Notes: a model not told the origin generated them from the letters alone. A stretch of 64,000 bases of DNA from Fibrobacterota bacterium (GCA_023249635.1 JAHFCH010000003.1:36617-100616), one strand, 5' to 3'. Counted from the stretch's first letter, positions 36,659-46,121 are shown. Made by a program: numbers and translations.

Positions 36659-37543
36659 ATGCATTCCATCAAAGCGCACATGCGGGAGTTGAAAGCGCCT
36701 TTCGTCCTCATCTATCTCTCGCTGATGGGCTTCCTGTGCATCTATTCCGTACAGCGTTACCTGCACCTTCGCTTCGAGCCGATGAGCTGCCTCAGCTTCA
36801 TGGGTATCATCTTCGGCGTGTATACCCTCAACCGCTTCACGGATACGGCCGAGGACTTCACCAACGATATCGGCCGCCTGCTCTTTTTCCAACGCAAGCG
36901 CAGCTTCCTCGCCATCGCAATCCTGTCCTTGGCCGCGAGCATGGGCTTCCTGCTGTGGGCCGAAAAGCTGAATTGGATGCATTGCCTGCTGCTCGCAATG
37001 GGTTTCGCCTATTCCTACCGCGTGGTTCCCTGGTTCGATCGGGCCAGCGGTTTCCAGCTCCTGCGCATCAAGGAAATGACCTTCCTCAAGAACCTATCGG
37101 TCTCGTTCCTGTGGGGCGCCGCGGTCTTCGTGGTGCCCATCGCCTATTCCGGGATCGTCGCTTTCGACCATAAGATGGTCTGGCTGCTGGCTTCGGGTCT
37201 CTTCGTCAGCACTTTCAACAACACCCTATTCGACGATATCCTCGACGAAGCCGGTGATCGCGTCGCGGGCATCAAGACCCTGCCCACCACCTGGGGCGTG
37301 CGCCGCTCCGAGTTCATGCTCATGGCCCTGGATCTGGTTTGGCTGGGCGCGGTAGCGGCGCTGTATTCAGCGCGCCACGTCGATGGCGCCCACGCCCTAT
37401 TCCTGGCGTTCTTGGGCATATACCCGTTCTTCTACCTGGTTCCGCATCTCCGCACCAAAACCAATAAGGGTTGGATCGACCTTCTGGCCGAAACCGATTT
37501 GCTGTTTTTCGCGGTGGGAATGCTCTTGCTCAGCTTCCGCTGA
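36659..37543 (+). CDS. UbiA-family prenyltransferase
   Basis: First Asp-rich motif NRFTDTAEDFTND and second FDDILDEAGDRVAGIKTLP, with ~8 TM segments. Start at internal ATG 36659 (MHSIKAHMREL). Confidence 0.75.
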   Translation: MHSIKAHMRELKAPFVLIYLSLMGFLCIYSVQRYLHLRFEPMSCLSFMGIIFGVYTLNRFTDTAEDFTNDIGRLLFFQRKRSFLAIAILSLAASMGFLLWAEKLNWMHCLLLAMGFAYSYRVVPWFDRASGFQLLRIKEMTFLKNLSVSFLWGAAVFVVPIAYSGIVAFDHKMVWLLASGLFVSTFNNTLFDDILDEAGDRVAGIKTLPTTWGVRRSEFMLMALDLVWLGAVAALYSARHVDGAHALFLAFLGIYPFFYLVPHLRTKTNKGWIDLLAETDLLFFAVGMLLLSFR

Positions 37544-37544
37544 G

Positions 37545-39329
37545 TCACCTGGCCAGGTGGTACTGGCGCTCTTTGATGCGGCCGCGGGGGCCGCTCTTCC
37601 GCAACATCCGGTTCAACACGTATTCTTCCGAGAAGATTTCCGGCCGGTTGCCCCGCCCGTGATCCAATACGTAGACGTTGCGCGCATGGTGCGAGACCAG
37701 GCATAGCTGCGGGAACATTGCCAAGCGGGTGAACTTTTCCGCCATGGTGCGTGCGCTGACCAATACCGTGACCAGATCGGGATTGAACTCCGGTCCTTCG
37801 AGATCTTCCACGCTCTGCACGATGCTCGGATTGACGCGGATGTTCTGGAACACGCGGATCAGATCGGGCATATTGTCCATGCCGTCCTTGACCACCACTA
37901 TCGGATGCTTCTGCGTCGCGTCCTCGTCCAGGTTCTGGGCGTATACCGGAAAGGTCATGATGAGCTTGAGGCCATGCTCGCCTTTCTTGGCGAGGTTCTT
38001 GGAGTAGGCGCTGATGCGGCCGCCATGGCTTTCCACGATGGTACGGGTTATCGACATGCCGAGACCCGTGCCGCCGTTGGCTTTTTTCGTGGTATAGAAG
38101 GCCTTGAACAGGCTTTCCAACTGCTCCTTGTCGCAGCCCACGCCGTTGTCTTCCACGCTCGCGAGGATCAGGGTATCGGTCGTGGATACCCGGATGCGGA
38201 TGTTGACGGCGTCGCCGCCCACGGCTTCGAAGCTGTTGTTGAAGATGTTTACGAACACCTGTTCCAGCTTGCCCCAATCCCCATGCATGAACCAATCCCG
38301 TTCGAGGCCGGTAAGCGTAAACGCGGCGCGGCGCGAAGGGTAATGCTTATCAATGGTCCCCTTGATCAGTTCGGCCAGGTTCACCGGATGCTTTTCGCGC
38401 AGCACCTCGGTGCGCGAGAGCTTGAGGATGTCGTCGCTGAAATCGGTGAGTCGCTCCACGGAGGTGACGATGTTCTTCACGATTTCCTTACCCTTATGGG
38501 ATAAGGCCTCGACCTCCTGGAGGATCTGCGCGTTGCCCGCGATCATGAACATGTAGTTCTTGATCTCGTGGTTGATGATGGCGGTCGATTCCCCCAACTG
38601 CTTGAGAGCGGTCACCTGCTCCAAGTCCCGGTAGGCCGTTTCCAGCTTGTCGAAATTCGTCTGGCGCTCGCGCAGGATCATCAGGAAGCGTTCGGCGAAG
38701 ATGAGCGATGCCATGATGCCGAAGGCGAGCACGCCCAACACCGTGAAGCTGGTGAGGATCTGCTTCATCATCCCCATCAGGATGCCGATGTCTGCGAGGC
38801 CGCCTAGGATAAGGATCGCGAAACCGAACAGGTGGAACCGCAGGATGCGTTTCTCCGGCGCAGCGCATTTGTTGATGCGTTTGAGAATCACGTAATGGGC
38901 GGTGAAGATGTAGAAGACCACGTAGGGCAGGAAGGCCAGGTAGTATCCGAGGGTGGTGACGACCTTACCGCCCTCCGCGACAATCATCAGGCTGCTCTGG
39001 AAGGCCGCAGCGAGCAGGGAACTCACCGTGATCAGGAAAGGGATGGTTCGTAGCAGCGGGGAATTGGTGAGGATGCAGAGGTACCACAGGGAGAAGGGAA
39101 TGAAGATGCACGCGATGCCGTGATAGGCCCGCTGCCAGAAGACGTTTTGCGCCAGAGTCGCCGCGTAAGGAATTTGCCAGATATCGATGGCCGTCATCGC
39201 GCAGAGCAGGATTAAGGAAACACCGAAAAAGCGGAAACTTCTGTCGAAGTGGGTGCGGAGGTCAAGCAGAATGAACAGCAGGCCGACTGCGAAAAGAAAA
39301 GAGCAAATCACCTGCAACAGTACGTTCAC
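37545..39329 (-). CDS. sensor histidine kinase with polytopic N-terminal membrane sensor domain
   Basis: ~6 TM N-terminus. HisKA-like H box ESTAIINHEIKNYMFMIAG. HATPase_c DNGVGCDKEQLESLFKAFYTTKKANGGTGLGMSI. Extra ~120-aa C-terminal region. Codon usage looks less GC-rich than its surroundings. Confidence 0.8.
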   Translation of the reverse strand: MNVLLQVICSFLFAVGLLFILLDLRTHFDRSFRFFGVSLILLCAMTAIDIWQIPYAATLAQNVFWQRAYHGIACIFIPFSLWYLCILTNSPLLRTIPFLITVSSLLAAAFQSSLMIVAEGGKVVTTLGYYLAFLPYVVFYIFTAHYVILKRINKCAAPEKRILRFHLFGFAILILGGLADIGILMGMMKQILTSFTVLGVLAFGIMASLIFAERFLMILRERQTNFDKLETAYRDLEQVTALKQLGESTAIINHEIKNYMFMIAGNAQILQEVEALSHKGKEIVKNIVTSVERLTDFSDDILKLSRTEVLREKHPVNLAELIKGTIDKHYPSRRAAFTLTGLERDWFMHGDWGKLEQVFVNIFNNSFEAVGGDAVNIRIRVSTTDTLILASVEDNGVGCDKEQLESLFKAFYTTKKANGGTGLGMSITRTIVESHGGRISAYSKNLAKKGEHGLKLIMTFPVYAQNLDEDATQKHPIVVVKDGMDNMPDLIRVFQNIRVNPSIVQSVEDLEGPEFNPDLVTVLVSARTMAEKFTRLAMFPQLCLVSHHARNVYVLDHGRGNRPEIFSEEYVLNRMLRKSGPRGRIKERQYHLAR

Positions 39330-39353
39330 CGTGGGACCCTAACCTGGAAGAGA

Positions 39354-39430
39354 GGAGGTCGTCTGTTGATAACCTGGGGAATACTACTATGCAAGTTGTT
39401 GATACGTCAAGGGACAAGCTGTTGATAGCT
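39354..39430. promoter_or_regulatory. three perfect TGTTGATA direct repeats (plus one TATTGATA) and a GATAGCTAT element upstream of the histidine kinase gene
   Basis: TGTTGATA at 39354, 39387 and 39410. GATAGCTAT at 39414..39422. Sits 25-90 bp upstream of the kinase start (39329) in an AT-rich tract. Confidence 0.3.
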
Positions 39431-39441
39431 ATTGATAAGCA

Positions 39442-39945
39442 TCAAATAGCACTAGCATCTGTAAGTATCGCCGCTTCTTGTAAGGGCTGCTCAAGCAGAA
39501 CTTTCAGTTTTTCGAAACTGCGTTTCATTTGCCCGCGAAAGGCCCATGCAGAGATGGATTTCAGGAAAATGAAAACGCCGCCAGGAGTGATATCGGCACT
39601 GTATTTCAAACATGTGCCATCGGCCGTGGTTTCGAGCCGGAATTCCTCACGGTAGGCATTGTTGCCCGCTTTGCCTTGATTGCGAAAACCCGCGTCGGGT
39701 TCCAGGGAAATGATTTCGGAATAATCGACAAGGGAATTCCAGAGCAGGAATTTGTGCACGGTTTTGATGCGCGTGCCTTTTTTCCACGGCCCGGCATCCA
39801 ATTGTTGGATGGAGGCGATGCCTTCCTGCCAGCGGGCGAAATTCCGCACGTCGGTAAGGAAGGCGAAGACCTCGGCAGGCGATCGACGGATGGAAACCTC
39901 CAGCCGGATGGCTACGGCGTTCGCGGCTTGTGCTGCTTGTGGCAT
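39442..39945 (-). CDS. SRPBCC (polyketide cyclase/dehydrase-like) family protein
   Basis: VFAFLTDVRNFARWQEGIASIQ opening and overall ~165-aa architecture of Polyketide_cyc2-like proteins. Start uncertain; overlaps the downstream JmjC gene end. Confidence 0.55.
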   Translation of the reverse strand: MPQAAQAANAVAIRLEVSIRRSPAEVFAFLTDVRNFARWQEGIASIQQLDAGPWKKGTRIKTVHKFLLWNSLVDYSEIISLEPDAGFRNQGKAGNNAYREEFRLETTADGTCLKYSADITPGGVFIFLKSISAWAFRGQMKRSFEKLKVLLEQPLQEAAILTDASAI

Positions 39946-40757
39946 GCGCAATTCCCTTTCCGGTAAAGCCCCGCAAGATGCAAAGCGTGTTTGACCGCGC
40001 CGGGCAAACCGCGCAGCAACGTGTCATCAATGCCGAAGCCGAAGCAGCTCACCGAAATGGAAGTTTCCAATCCCAGCACATCGTGCCACCAACCGCGCGG
40101 GGTGAACAACGTGTCGCCTGCCGATACCACGACCTTGGTCCCCATCGCCCTGGAGAAAAGGGGATGGCGGGCCGCATCGGGATTGCGCGCATCCACTTCG
40201 GAAAGGACCGAACCGATATCGTATTTGCGGCCCGGGTAAAGCCAGGCGGATTGCGCCGGCGGATACAGGGTGAATTCCTTGGAGCCATGGAATACGGAGA
40301 AAAGATTATCGGCGATATCGTAGTGCAGGCCGGTATAAGAACCGGCCGGGCCGATCCAGCCCACCGGGAATTTGAGCCGGCCGCGCCAGTACGAGAAATC
40401 CACGTCGGCGCGGAGCTCCGGGAAGGCGGCGAAGAGATCGAAGTAGGCCAGATAAGGCAGGCCCTCGGCGACGGCGACATTCCCTTCCGCCCCACCCCCT
40501 TCGCGAAGATGCCGCATGTACTTCCCCAGATCCCATTCCGAGTACCGAGGGGTTTCCTGCAATACGTTTCCGTATTCGATACGCACGGTCTTATGGGCGC
40601 CGATACGTTCGAAGTAGCCGGGAGTCCATTTGGCCAGGGCCGGCCAGGATTCGAGCAGGCCGGTGAGTATCACGGGTTTGCGGGCCGGAAGGATTTCCGC
40701 CAGAAACCGGCGGCGATCAGGTTTGTGGATGCGGTCGATTTCATCCATTAGGGCCAT
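39912..40757 (-). CDS. JmjC/cupin-like (Cupin_8) 2-oxoglutarate/Fe(II) oxygenase family protein
   Basis: HYDIADNLFSVFHGSKEFTLYPP...WWHDV contains the HxD...H iron-binding cupin motifs of JmjC-domain hydroxylases. Confidence 0.65.
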   Translation of the reverse strand: MALMDEIDRIHKPDRRRFLAEILPARKPVILTGLLESWPALAKWTPGYFERIGAHKTVRIEYGNVLQETPRYSEWDLGKYMRHLREGGGAEGNVAVAEGLPYLAYFDLFAAFPELRADVDFSYWRGRLKFPVGWIGPAGSYTGLHYDIADNLFSVFHGSKEFTLYPPAQSAWLYPGRKYDIGSVLSEVDARNPDAARHPLFSRAMGTKVVVSAGDTLFTPRGWWHDVLGLETSISVSCFGFGIDDTLLRGLPGAVKHALHLAGLYRKGNCACHKQHKPRTP

Positions 40758-40767
40758 GGGTGGAAAA

Positions 40768-40777
40768 GATAGCTATC
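40768..40777. promoter_or_regulatory. perfect 10-bp palindrome GATAGCTATC in the divergent JmjC / LuxR-regulator promoter region
   Basis: Read directly. The same GATAGCTAT core occurs upstream of the histidine kinase at 39414..39422. Confidence 0.35.
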
Positions 40778-40848
40778 ATTTTTTTACCTTTTCCTGATTT
40801 CAGGCCGTCAATCCCTAGGTACTTCCAAGGCAATTCCAAGGTAAACCG

Positions 40849-41499
40849 ATGAGCTCCGAGCACAGGGTTTCAATCGTCATGGTCGAGGACAATCTCGACC
40901 TGGCGCAGACCATCCAAGATTTCCTATCGACCGAGCCCGGTCTGGAAGTCGTACACGTAGCCCACGATACCAAGGGGTTCCAACTGGCCGTGGCCGATCT
41001 GCTCCCCGAAATGGCCCTGATCGATATCAACCTCGATACCCCCAGGGCCGGCCTGGACCTCCTGCTGTGGCTAAGGAAGCTCTATCCCGTGGTCCAACCG
41101 GTCATCATGACCGTGAACCAGGGGGATGTCCTGGAAGCCTACCAGGCAGGCGCCCGCGGTTATGTGCTGAAAACGAGCCTGGAAATCCTCGCGCCTACCC
41201 TGCTCGATGTAAGTCAGGGGAAACTCATCATCCCTCCCCAAGTGGGGGAACTCTACGTAAAACAGGTCGCCGCTTCGGCGGAACTCTGGAAGAAATCCGT
41301 CGAGCTGGAGCGTTTTTCCGATCGGGAAAAGGAGATCCTGCGGCACCTCCGCGCCGGGATGCGGCGGGAGGATATCGGCGACAAGCTGAGCATTTCCTTC
41401 TTCACCGTACGCCGGCATATCCAGAATATGCTGGAAAAAACCGGAGAGCCTACCGTTAAGGCCATCCTGGAAAAATTCGGAGAGGTACTCGGCGGTTAG
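40849..41499 (+). CDS. two-component response regulator, NarL/FixJ (LuxR) family
   Basis: Receiver domain (IVMVEDN, ALIDINLD, PVIMTV). LuxR-type HTH FSDREKEILRHLRAGMRREDIGDKLSISFFTVRRHIQNMLEKTG. Confidence 0.85.
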   Translation: MSSEHRVSIVMVEDNLDLAQTIQDFLSTEPGLEVVHVAHDTKGFQLAVADLLPEMALIDINLDTPRAGLDLLLWLRKLYPVVQPVIMTVNQGDVLEAYQAGARGYVLKTSLEILAPTLLDVSQGKLIIPPQVGELYVKQVAASAELWKKSVELERFSDREKEILRHLRAGMRREDIGDKLSISFFTVRRHIQNMLEKTGEPTVKAILEKFGEVLGG

Positions 41500-41704
41500 G
41501 TCCCTTTCGCGGGTATTTGGCCCTGCGAGGAAATTTGGCCGTCCAGTTAGGGCCGAAAGGGAGGCCGAACGCCTTTCCCTCTCCGAGAACAGAACTTAAT
41601 GCCCCCCAGACGTCCTGGAAACACCATCCTGCGTGGTGCTTTACCCCTCCCTTAAGCCCTCCCCCAAGTTGGATTTTGTCCGGATTTAGTTAACGTATCA
41701 CCCC

Positions 41705-42013
41705 ATGCTGGTCAACGCCGTGACCGTCTACGTTAAGCCGGAGCATATCGCCGATTTCATCGCAGCCTCCATGGAAAACCATGCCGGGTCGCGCCAGGAA
41801 TCCGGCAATTTCCGCTTCGACGTGTTGCAATCATCCGACGATCCTGCCCGCTTCTTGTTGTACGAAGTGTTCGCCTCGCAGGCAGCCGTAGAAGAGCATC
41901 GCAAGACGGCTCACTACCTAGCTTGGAAGACCAAGGTGGAACCCTGGATGGCCAAGCCCCGGGAACCGCGTTGGCATACTATCGTCGCCCCGACGGATCC
42001 CGCTTCATGGTGA
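41705..42013 (+). CDS. antibiotic biosynthesis monooxygenase (ABM)/YgiN-like family protein
   Basis: 102 aa. MLVNAVTVYVKPEHIADFIAA...FRFDVLQS...FLLYEVFASQAAVEEHRKTAHY is the ABM ferredoxin-like fold signature. Confidence 0.7.
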   Translation: MLVNAVTVYVKPEHIADFIAASMENHAGSRQESGNFRFDVLQSSDDPARFLLYEVFASQAAVEEHRKTAHYLAWKTKVEPWMAKPREPRWHTIVAPTDPASW

Positions 42014-43188
42014 TGGCCGCCTTCTCATCCGCTCGCATCCCGCCCGTCTACTTCGGAGCGGGGCGGCTGGCGGAACTTCCCCGCATCGCATCGGCATTTG
42101 GCAAGGAAATCCTGCTCATCACCGGCGCGACTTCGCTCGCGGCCGGGGGCCGCCTGGAACGCGTACTCGCCTCCTTGCGCGAAGCGGGCCTGCGCCCCCA
42201 TCGCATCATCATCGATGCGGAGCCGTCCACGGCCTTCATCGACGAAACCTGCGCCGCCCTGCGCAGCCGCGCGTTCCAGGTGGTGATCGGCATCGGCGGC
42301 GGCAGCGTCATCGACGGCGCCAAGGCCATCTCGGCCATGCTGCCCCATTCCAACAGCGTGCTCGATCATCTGGAAGACGTAGGCCGCAACGTGCCGCATA
42401 GCGGCAAGAAGATCCCCTACGTAGCCGTGCCTACCACTTCGGGCACCGGCGGCGAGATGACCAAGAACGCGGTGCTGAGCATGGTCGGCCCGGAGGGTTA
42501 TAAGAAATCCCTCCGCCACGACAACCTCATCCCCGATGCCGTTATCGTGGATCCGGAGCTGATGACCACCTGTCCTCCGCATATCACGGCCGCCTGCGGC
42601 ATGGATGCCTTCACGCAATTGCTCGAGCCCTATCTTTCGCCCATCGCATCGCCCTTGACCGACGCCCTGGCCTGGAGCGGCCTGCAGCAGGCCCGCGAGA
42701 ACCTGGTTCCGGCCTGCACCGATCGCGGGGCGGATATCGGCATACGCGCCGGCCTGGCCTACGCATCCATGCTTTCGGGAGTGGCCCTGGCCAACGCCGG
42801 ATTGGGCATCGTGCATGGCCTGGCCTCCCCTATCGGCGGGTTCTTTCCCATTCCCCACGGCGTGGTGTGCGGCACCCTGGTGGCCTCGGCCACGGAGGCC
42901 AACATCGCCGCCCTGCGTCGGCGGCGCGAGAATCCCGCCGCCTTGGCCAAGTACGCCAAGGTGGGCGTGCTATTCGGCGGCGCGCCGGAAAACGGCGAAG
43001 CCTGGAATTGCGATTACCTGGTGGAACGCCTGCAGGCGTGGACCGACACCCTGGGGCTGGCGCGCCTTTCCAGCTACGGTATCGGCGCGGGCGATTTCGA
43101 CCGCATCATCGCCAAGACCAGCAACCGCCACAATCCGGTCAACCTCGAGCCCGACGATTTGCGCGCGCTGCTCGCACGGCGCCTGTGA
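42007..43188 (+). CDS. iron-containing (group III) alcohol dehydrogenase family protein
   Basis: GIGGGSVIDGAKAI (NAD(P)-binding GGGS motif), plus the His cluster GLGIVHGLASPIGG...PHGVVCG typical of Fe-ADH. Start ATG 42007 overlaps the ABM stop (ATGGTGA). Confidence 0.85.
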   Translation: MVMAAFSSARIPPVYFGAGRLAELPRIASAFGKEILLITGATSLAAGGRLERVLASLREAGLRPHRIIIDAEPSTAFIDETCAALRSRAFQVVIGIGGGSVIDGAKAISAMLPHSNSVLDHLEDVGRNVPHSGKKIPYVAVPTTSGTGGEMTKNAVLSMVGPEGYKKSLRHDNLIPDAVIVDPELMTTCPPHITAACGMDAFTQLLEPYLSPIASPLTDALAWSGLQQARENLVPACTDRGADIGIRAGLAYASMLSGVALANAGLGIVHGLASPIGGFFPIPHGVVCGTLVASATEANIAALRRRRENPAALAKYAKVGVLFGGAPENGEAWNCDYLVERLQAWTDTLGLARLSSYGIGAGDFDRIIAKTSNRHNPVNLEPDDLRALLARRL

Positions 43189-43955
43189 TCCGCAAACCCC
43201 GCAAACCCGCAAAGCCAGGTAAGGACGCCCGCCGTAACTCCAAGGTTACTCCCCGCAACGCGGGCGATAAAGGCGATCCCGAAAGCAAGGTAAAGGAACG
43301 CCGGTCTTTCGCGCAGAAGCGGCCCAAACCGCAAAAAGGTCCGGTCCGCCCGGAGGTGCCCCCGAGGCTTCGCTATCTGCTTTTCCATAAGCCCTACGCG
43401 GTGCTCAGCCAATTCACCCCCGAAGGCGGCAAGGCCTGCCTCAAGGATTTCATCAACGTACCGGGTATCTACGCGTGCGGCCGCTTGGATTGGGACAGCG
43501 AAGGATTGTTGCTCCTGACCAACGACGGCGATTTCAACCACAGCGTTGCGGCGCCCGGTAGCAAGCTTCCCAAAACCTATTGGGTGCAGGTGGAAGGCAC
43601 GCCCGATGCCGCCGCCCTCGAATCCTTGCGCAAAGGCGTGCTCATCGAAGGCCGCGCCACCCTGCCCGCCCGTGCCGAGCGCTTCCCCGCCGGCGACGCT
43701 CTGCTCCCGCGCAGCGTCCCCATCCGCGAGCGGAAAAACATCCCCGCCCCCTGGTTGCGGCTTACCCTGATCGAAGGCCGCAATCGGCAGGTGCGCAAGA
43801 TGACCGCGGCCGTGGGCCATCCCACCTTACGCCTCATCCGCCACTCCATTGGTCCTTTCACGCTTGAGGGGCTGGAACCGGGACGCTGGCGCGAGCTCAG
43901 CGCAGAGGAAATCCGCTCCAAAATGTCTACCTTTCCCCTCCGTCCCCGAACATGA
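43185..43955 (+). CDS. rluE: rRNA pseudouridine synthase, RluE/RsuA family, with basic N-terminal extension; putative GTG start
   Basis: LFHKPYAVLSQFT, GRLDWDSEGLLLLTNDG (catalytic Asp), TYWVQVEG, GRNRQVRKM. The Lys/Arg-rich N-terminus resembles E. coli RluE. No in-frame ATG lies upstream of the conserved core, so GTG 43185 (overlapping the ADH TGA as GTGA) is proposed. Confidence 0.6.
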   Translation: MIRKPRKPAKPGKDARRNSKVTPRNAGDKGDPESKVKERRSFAQKRPKPQKGPVRPEVPPRLRYLLFHKPYAVLSQFTPEGGKACLKDFINVPGIYACGRLDWDSEGLLLLTNDGDFNHSVAAPGSKLPKTYWVQVEGTPDAAALESLRKGVLIEGRATLPARAERFPAGDALLPRSVPIRERKNIPAPWLRLTLIEGRNRQVRKMTAAVGHPTLRLIRHSIGPFTLEGLEPGRWRELSAEEIRSKMSTFPLRPRT

Positions 43956-43975
43956 TCCTGCCAGGAGGTTCTGCC

Positions 43976-45286
43976 ATGCGGCTCGCCCTGTCCACCCTCT
44001 CCCTGTTGTGGGCCTTGCCCGCTGCCAGCCTCGCCGCCGGCGAAACCGCGCCGGCCCCTTCGGCGGCTGCGCCCGCCCCGGTAGTTGCGCCCGTGCCCGC
44101 TAAAGAAGTCATCGATACCGCCGATGCTCCCGCAGCCGCGGTTCCCGTCGCTGCCGCCCCGGATACGGGTACCGTCGCCAAGACCGACTCCGCCGCGCCC
44201 GCCTCGGCCGCCCAGGAACCCGTGCCCCTGGAGATCCGCAACGCGTACCTGGCTCACCTGGACCTCACCGGTACGGTCCAGCTCAAAGCCTTCTACCACA
44301 ACTTCGCCGCCGAAAAGGATGCGGACAAGCGCCTGAGCTTCCAATTGCGGCGCTTCGAATTCGGCCTGGAAGCGTCCTTCAACACCCACTCGGGCTTCAA
44401 GGGCGTAATGCTTCTGGATGGGGCCAACAAGAACTTCGGCGTGAACGATGCTTATCTGTACTACCGCGTGAACGACCTGGTCGGATTCAAAGGCGGTAAA
44501 ATGCGCCGCCCGTTCTCGCAGGAGTCCCTGCAATCGGCTCGCGGCCTGTATACCATTGAGCGCGGCGAGCTCTACTTCGATTTCCTCGCCAACACCACCG
44601 GCTACGCCTACTACGACCTCGGCGCCCTGGCCTACGGCGGCTTCGAAGAGGACGGCATGAGCCTGGGCTATGAACTCGGCGTCTTCAACGGCAAGCAGAA
44701 CGACGATGCGGCCAAGGATTATTCCGGCCAGCAGGACGAGAAGACGGACAAGGGCTTTAAAGCCAAGGACGTGGTCTTCCGCGTGAACGCTTCGCCGTTC
44801 AAGGCCCTCAAGGTGGAAGGCGCGGTATCGACCAAGGCGGCCGAAAACGTTTCCAACCCGGCGGATTTCGGCTATGCGGTCAACACCGCATATCAGTTGG
44901 GGGCCGATTTCCATTACGATAAGCTGCGCCTGCTGGGCGAAGCCGCCTGGGGAGACAACCATAAGAAGCAGGATTCCAAGATTATCGACGGCAGCGTCCT
45001 CTTCTTCACCTTCTATACGGCGGCGGTCTGGCGCGAAGACTACAGCCGCGGGCGCGCCAGCGAACTGGTGCTGAAGATGGAAGGTCTCGATCCCGATTTC
45101 GAACCCGGTACGGGCGAAGGCGCGCCCAATGACGGCAAGCTTCGCTACACGCTGGGATGCAATTACTTCTTCACGCCCACCATCAGCATCATGGCGGATT
45201 ACGCCGCGCTGCAGCCCATCACCAAGGTGGCGGGCGAGGACAAGCTCACCCACGACTTCGATGTCATGTGGCGGATGAGCTTCTGA
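43976..45286 (+). CDS. putative outer-membrane porin (OprO/OprP-like beta-barrel) with Ala/Pro-rich N-terminal linker
   Basis: Signal peptide MRLALSTLSLLWALPAASLAAG. Ala/Pro-rich linker. ~350-aa beta-rich region with alternating aromatic/hydrophobic residues, ending in terminal Phe (MWRMSF), typical of OM beta-barrels. Confidence 0.5.
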   Translation: MRLALSTLSLLWALPAASLAAGETAPAPSAAAPAPVVAPVPAKEVIDTADAPAAAVPVAAAPDTGTVAKTDSAAPASAAQEPVPLEIRNAYLAHLDLTGTVQLKAFYHNFAAEKDADKRLSFQLRRFEFGLEASFNTHSGFKGVMLLDGANKNFGVNDAYLYYRVNDLVGFKGGKMRRPFSQESLQSARGLYTIERGELYFDFLANTTGYAYYDLGALAYGGFEEDGMSLGYELGVFNGKQNDDAAKDYSGQQDEKTDKGFKAKDVVFRVNASPFKALKVEGAVSTKAAENVSNPADFGYAVNTAYQLGADFHYDKLRLLGEAAWGDNHKKQDSKIIDGSVLFFTFYTAAVWREDYSRGRASELVLKMEGLDPDFEPGTGEGAPNDGKLRYTLGCNYFFTPTISIMADYAALQPITKVAGEDKLTHDFDVMWRMSF

Positions 45287-46121
45287 TCCAGTGGGCGCGC
45301 TTCTCGGCGTAGCCCAGGTAGGACAGTGCCAGCGAAGGCGTAAAGCGGAAGCGGAAATCCGGCGGGACCCGACGGGTCGCCAGCAGTTTCCAGAATGCCC
45401 GGCTCGCGACCACGGGGCGCATCCCCAGCATGCGGCGCGGCGCCAACCCGGCCTCCGCGCACATGCCTTCCAATTCACCCGGTTTGATGAAAAGCGGCAA
45501 TACATGCATATGCCGGGGCGTATTCCGCACGAACCATTCCACACCCTTGATGATGATGAGCCAGGCCAGGGGATTGCGGTTGAAGGTGTGGAAGAAGAAC
45601 AGCCCGCCCGGGCGCAGCACGCGCGCGGCTTCGGCCACCACGCGTCCCGGGGCGCTGACATGCTCCAGGAAATCCAAGGCGCACACCGCATCGAAACATC
45701 CGTCCGGGAAAGGTAACCTGTACGCGTCGGCGGCGAGGTAACCCCGGCCGGGCCCCCCCGGCGCCACCCTCAGGCTGCCCAAGGAAAGGTCGGCCCCCAT
45801 GACGGTATGGCCGCGGTCGGCCAATTCGCGGGAAAGGAATCCCGCCCCGCACCCGATGTCGAGCACGCGGCCGGGACCCCCGTCCCATGCCTCGCGCAAG
45901 CGCTTGGCGATCCAAGGATGCTTGAGTGCGCCCTCGGCGCGCAACAGGGCCACCGGATCGTCGTAGGCTTCGTGCCAACGCGCGCCCAATCCATCGTAGA
46001 AGCCGTTATTGACCAGGGCGCGATCGGAAACGCCGCTGGCGTCGCTACGGACCGAATCGCGGTCCGCGCTTGCCCGGAAAGAGTCGCTCAGTGGCGTGCG
46101 ATGCGCAAGGACGGTTTCCAT
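45264..46121 (-). CDS. class I SAM-dependent methyltransferase (UbiG-like)
   Basis: VLDIGCGAGFLSRELADRGHTVMGADLS (motif I and post-I acidic residue) and GCFDAVCALDFLEHV (motif II). Start at internal Met METVLAHRT (46121). Confidence 0.7.
   Translation of the reverse strand: METVLAHRTPLSDSFRASADRDSVRSDASGVSDRALVNNGFYDGLGARWHEAYDDPVALLRAEGALKHPWIAKRLREAWDGGPGRVLDIGCGAGFLSRELADRGHTVMGADLSLGSLRVAPGGPGRGYLAADAYRLPFPDGCFDAVCALDFLEHVSAPGRVVAEAARVLRPGGLFFFHTFNRNPLAWLIIIKGVEWFVRNTPRHMHVLPLFIKPGELEGMCAEAGLAPRRMLGMRPVVASRAFWKLLATRRVPPDFRFRFTPSLALSYLGYAEKRAHWIRSSSAT

Noticed and set aside
42867-43184. Upstream part of track ORF 42867..43955 overlapping the alcohol dehydrogenase gene
   Set aside because: This part is an alternate frame of the well-supported Fe-ADH gene. 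The real rluE-like gene is proposed to start at GTG 43185.
43952-43975. ATG at 43952 as the porin start
   Set aside because: It overlaps the rluE stop and adds MILPGGSA ahead of a canonical signal peptide. The Met at 43976 (MRLALSTLSLLWALPAASLAAG) is the better start.
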